DNA of 64,000 nucleotides from an uncultured Pseudobdellovibrionaceae bacterium (GTDB lineage Bacteria; Pseudomonadota; Alphaproteobacteria; Micavibrionales; Micavibrionaceae): NCBI GenBank assembly GCA_964493095.1, contig CAZBNG010000001.1, positions 22,600 to 86,599 of the forward strand, read 5' to 3'. Shown piece by piece: positions 63,120 to 64,000 of this stretch (position 1 is its first letter; each line of letters starts with the position of its first letter). The notes under the pieces were generated by a model. It saw only the letters and a program-made list of their open reading frames with translations, ran no database searches and was not told where the DNA came from. The position numbers and the translations under genes were made by a program.

Positions 63120-64000
63120 TTAATTTCTGGCGGTTTTCGGCAATAAAACCCAGTACCGCCCCTCGGATTTCATATGCCCGGCAAGGGCTTCGGCCCGCTC
63201 GCCGTGGCCCCAGAACACATCACCGCGCACGGGGCCGTTAATGGCACCGCCCGTATCCTGTGCGATCATCATGCGCTGCAGGCGGTTTTCACCCTCCATG
63301 GGCGGCTCTATATCCACCCAAAGCGGCAAACCGTATGAGAGAAGGGAGCGGTCAACCGCCAGCGAGCGCCCGGGCGTGAGCGCCACGCCCTCCCCGCCCA
63401 GCGGTCCTTCCCCTTCCAGTTCGCGGAAAAACACGTAAGAGCGGTTGGTGTTCATAATTTCATCGGCCTGCCGCGGGTGCGCCTCCAGCCACGCCTGAAT
63501 GGATTGCAGGGAAACCTCTTCCTTATCCAGCGCGCCGCGGGCGATCAGCTCGCGCCCGATAGCGTAATAGGGGTGGCCGTTCTGCCCGGCATAACCGATA
63601 CGCATTTCCCTGCCATCTGGCAGGTCGACCACACCAGAGCCTTGAATCTGCACGAAAAATGCGTCCACGGGGTCATCCACCCAGAGAAGAACCTTGTCAT
63701 TATGCGGCCACTGGCCGTTTACGATCTGCTCGCGGGTTTCATAGGGTTTCAGGTTGCCATCCTTTACGCGACCGGCAATGCGCTGGCCCTTGAGCTCGTC
63801 GCGGAACTCGCCCAGATTGACCATCACCAGGTCACCGGGGCGAGCGTAAAGCGGGATCTGGTAAGGACCAAAACGCTGCCTGCTGCCATGCAGGCCCGCT
63901 TCGTAATACCCGGTAAAAAGCCCCTTGGAATCGCGGCCCGCACGCACGCCAAAGGCCTGAAAGTTTGTTTCAAAAAACGATCTGAGGGCGGCAGGCGAAG
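63120..64000 (-). CDS. mltA: Membrane-bound lytic murein transglycosylase A (5' end outside the window)
   Basis: It has GLFTGYYE and the 3D-domain motif AQDTGGAINGPVRGDVFWG, and ends in LLPK. My hand translation shows the frame stays open upstream of the track start through position 64000 (...ALRSFFETNFQAFG...). Confidence 0.85.
   Translation of the reverse strand, partial: SPAALRSFFETNFQAFGVRAGRDSKGLFTGYYEAGLHGSRQRFGPYQIPLYARPGDLVMVNLGEFRDELKGQRIAGRVKDGNLKPYETREQIVNGQWPHNDKVLLWVDDPVDAFFVQIQGSGVVDLPDGREMRIGYAGQNGHPYYAIGRELIARGALDKEEVSLQSIQAWLEAHPRQADEIMNTNRSYVFFRELEGEGPLGGEGVALTPGRSLAVDRSLLSYGLPLWVDIEPPMEGENRLQRMMIAQDTGGAINGPVRGDVFWGHGERAEALAGHMKSEGRYWVLLPKTARN

Overview
By gene content and order, this is a coding-dense chromosomal segment of an alphaproteobacterium-like genome. 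The GC level looks moderately high, but that is judged by eye and was not computed. Housekeeping blocks are glmS / IMPase-family / glmU, dapD...dapE, truA-fmt-def, rmuC, engB-yidC-yidD-rnpA-rpmH, a ubiH-family gene, tRNA-Ala(GGC) and mltA.

Two accessory regions stand out.

(1) Positions 1-5566 are a visibly AT-rich island that directly abuts the glmS stop codon. It carries a serine-recombinase remnant, a 502-aa AbiV/HEPN-like protein, an overlapping XRE-HTH plus trypsin-like serine protease pair with a palindromic operator, and an HUH rolling-circle Rep-like gene followed by palindromes.

(2) Positions ~33.4-61.3 kb hold a Dot/Icm-type (type IVB) secretion locus in IncI-plasmid-like order. 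It runs lytic transglycosylase, dotD-dotC-dotB-icmT, then icmL-K-E-G-C-D-J-B. The locus is split by three things:
- a proline-rich TcpQ-domain protein;
- an isolated flgK-flgL pair with a near-consensus sigma-54 promoter;
- three tandem paralogous secreted Cys-containing proteins of uncertain family (IcmX/TraW-like is only a hypothesis).

The IcmC-position gene is a 577-aa fusion of five IcmD-like two-helix modules. No CRISPR array, rRNA or intact transposon was seen. All family assignments come from motif recognition in the supplied translations. No database search was run.
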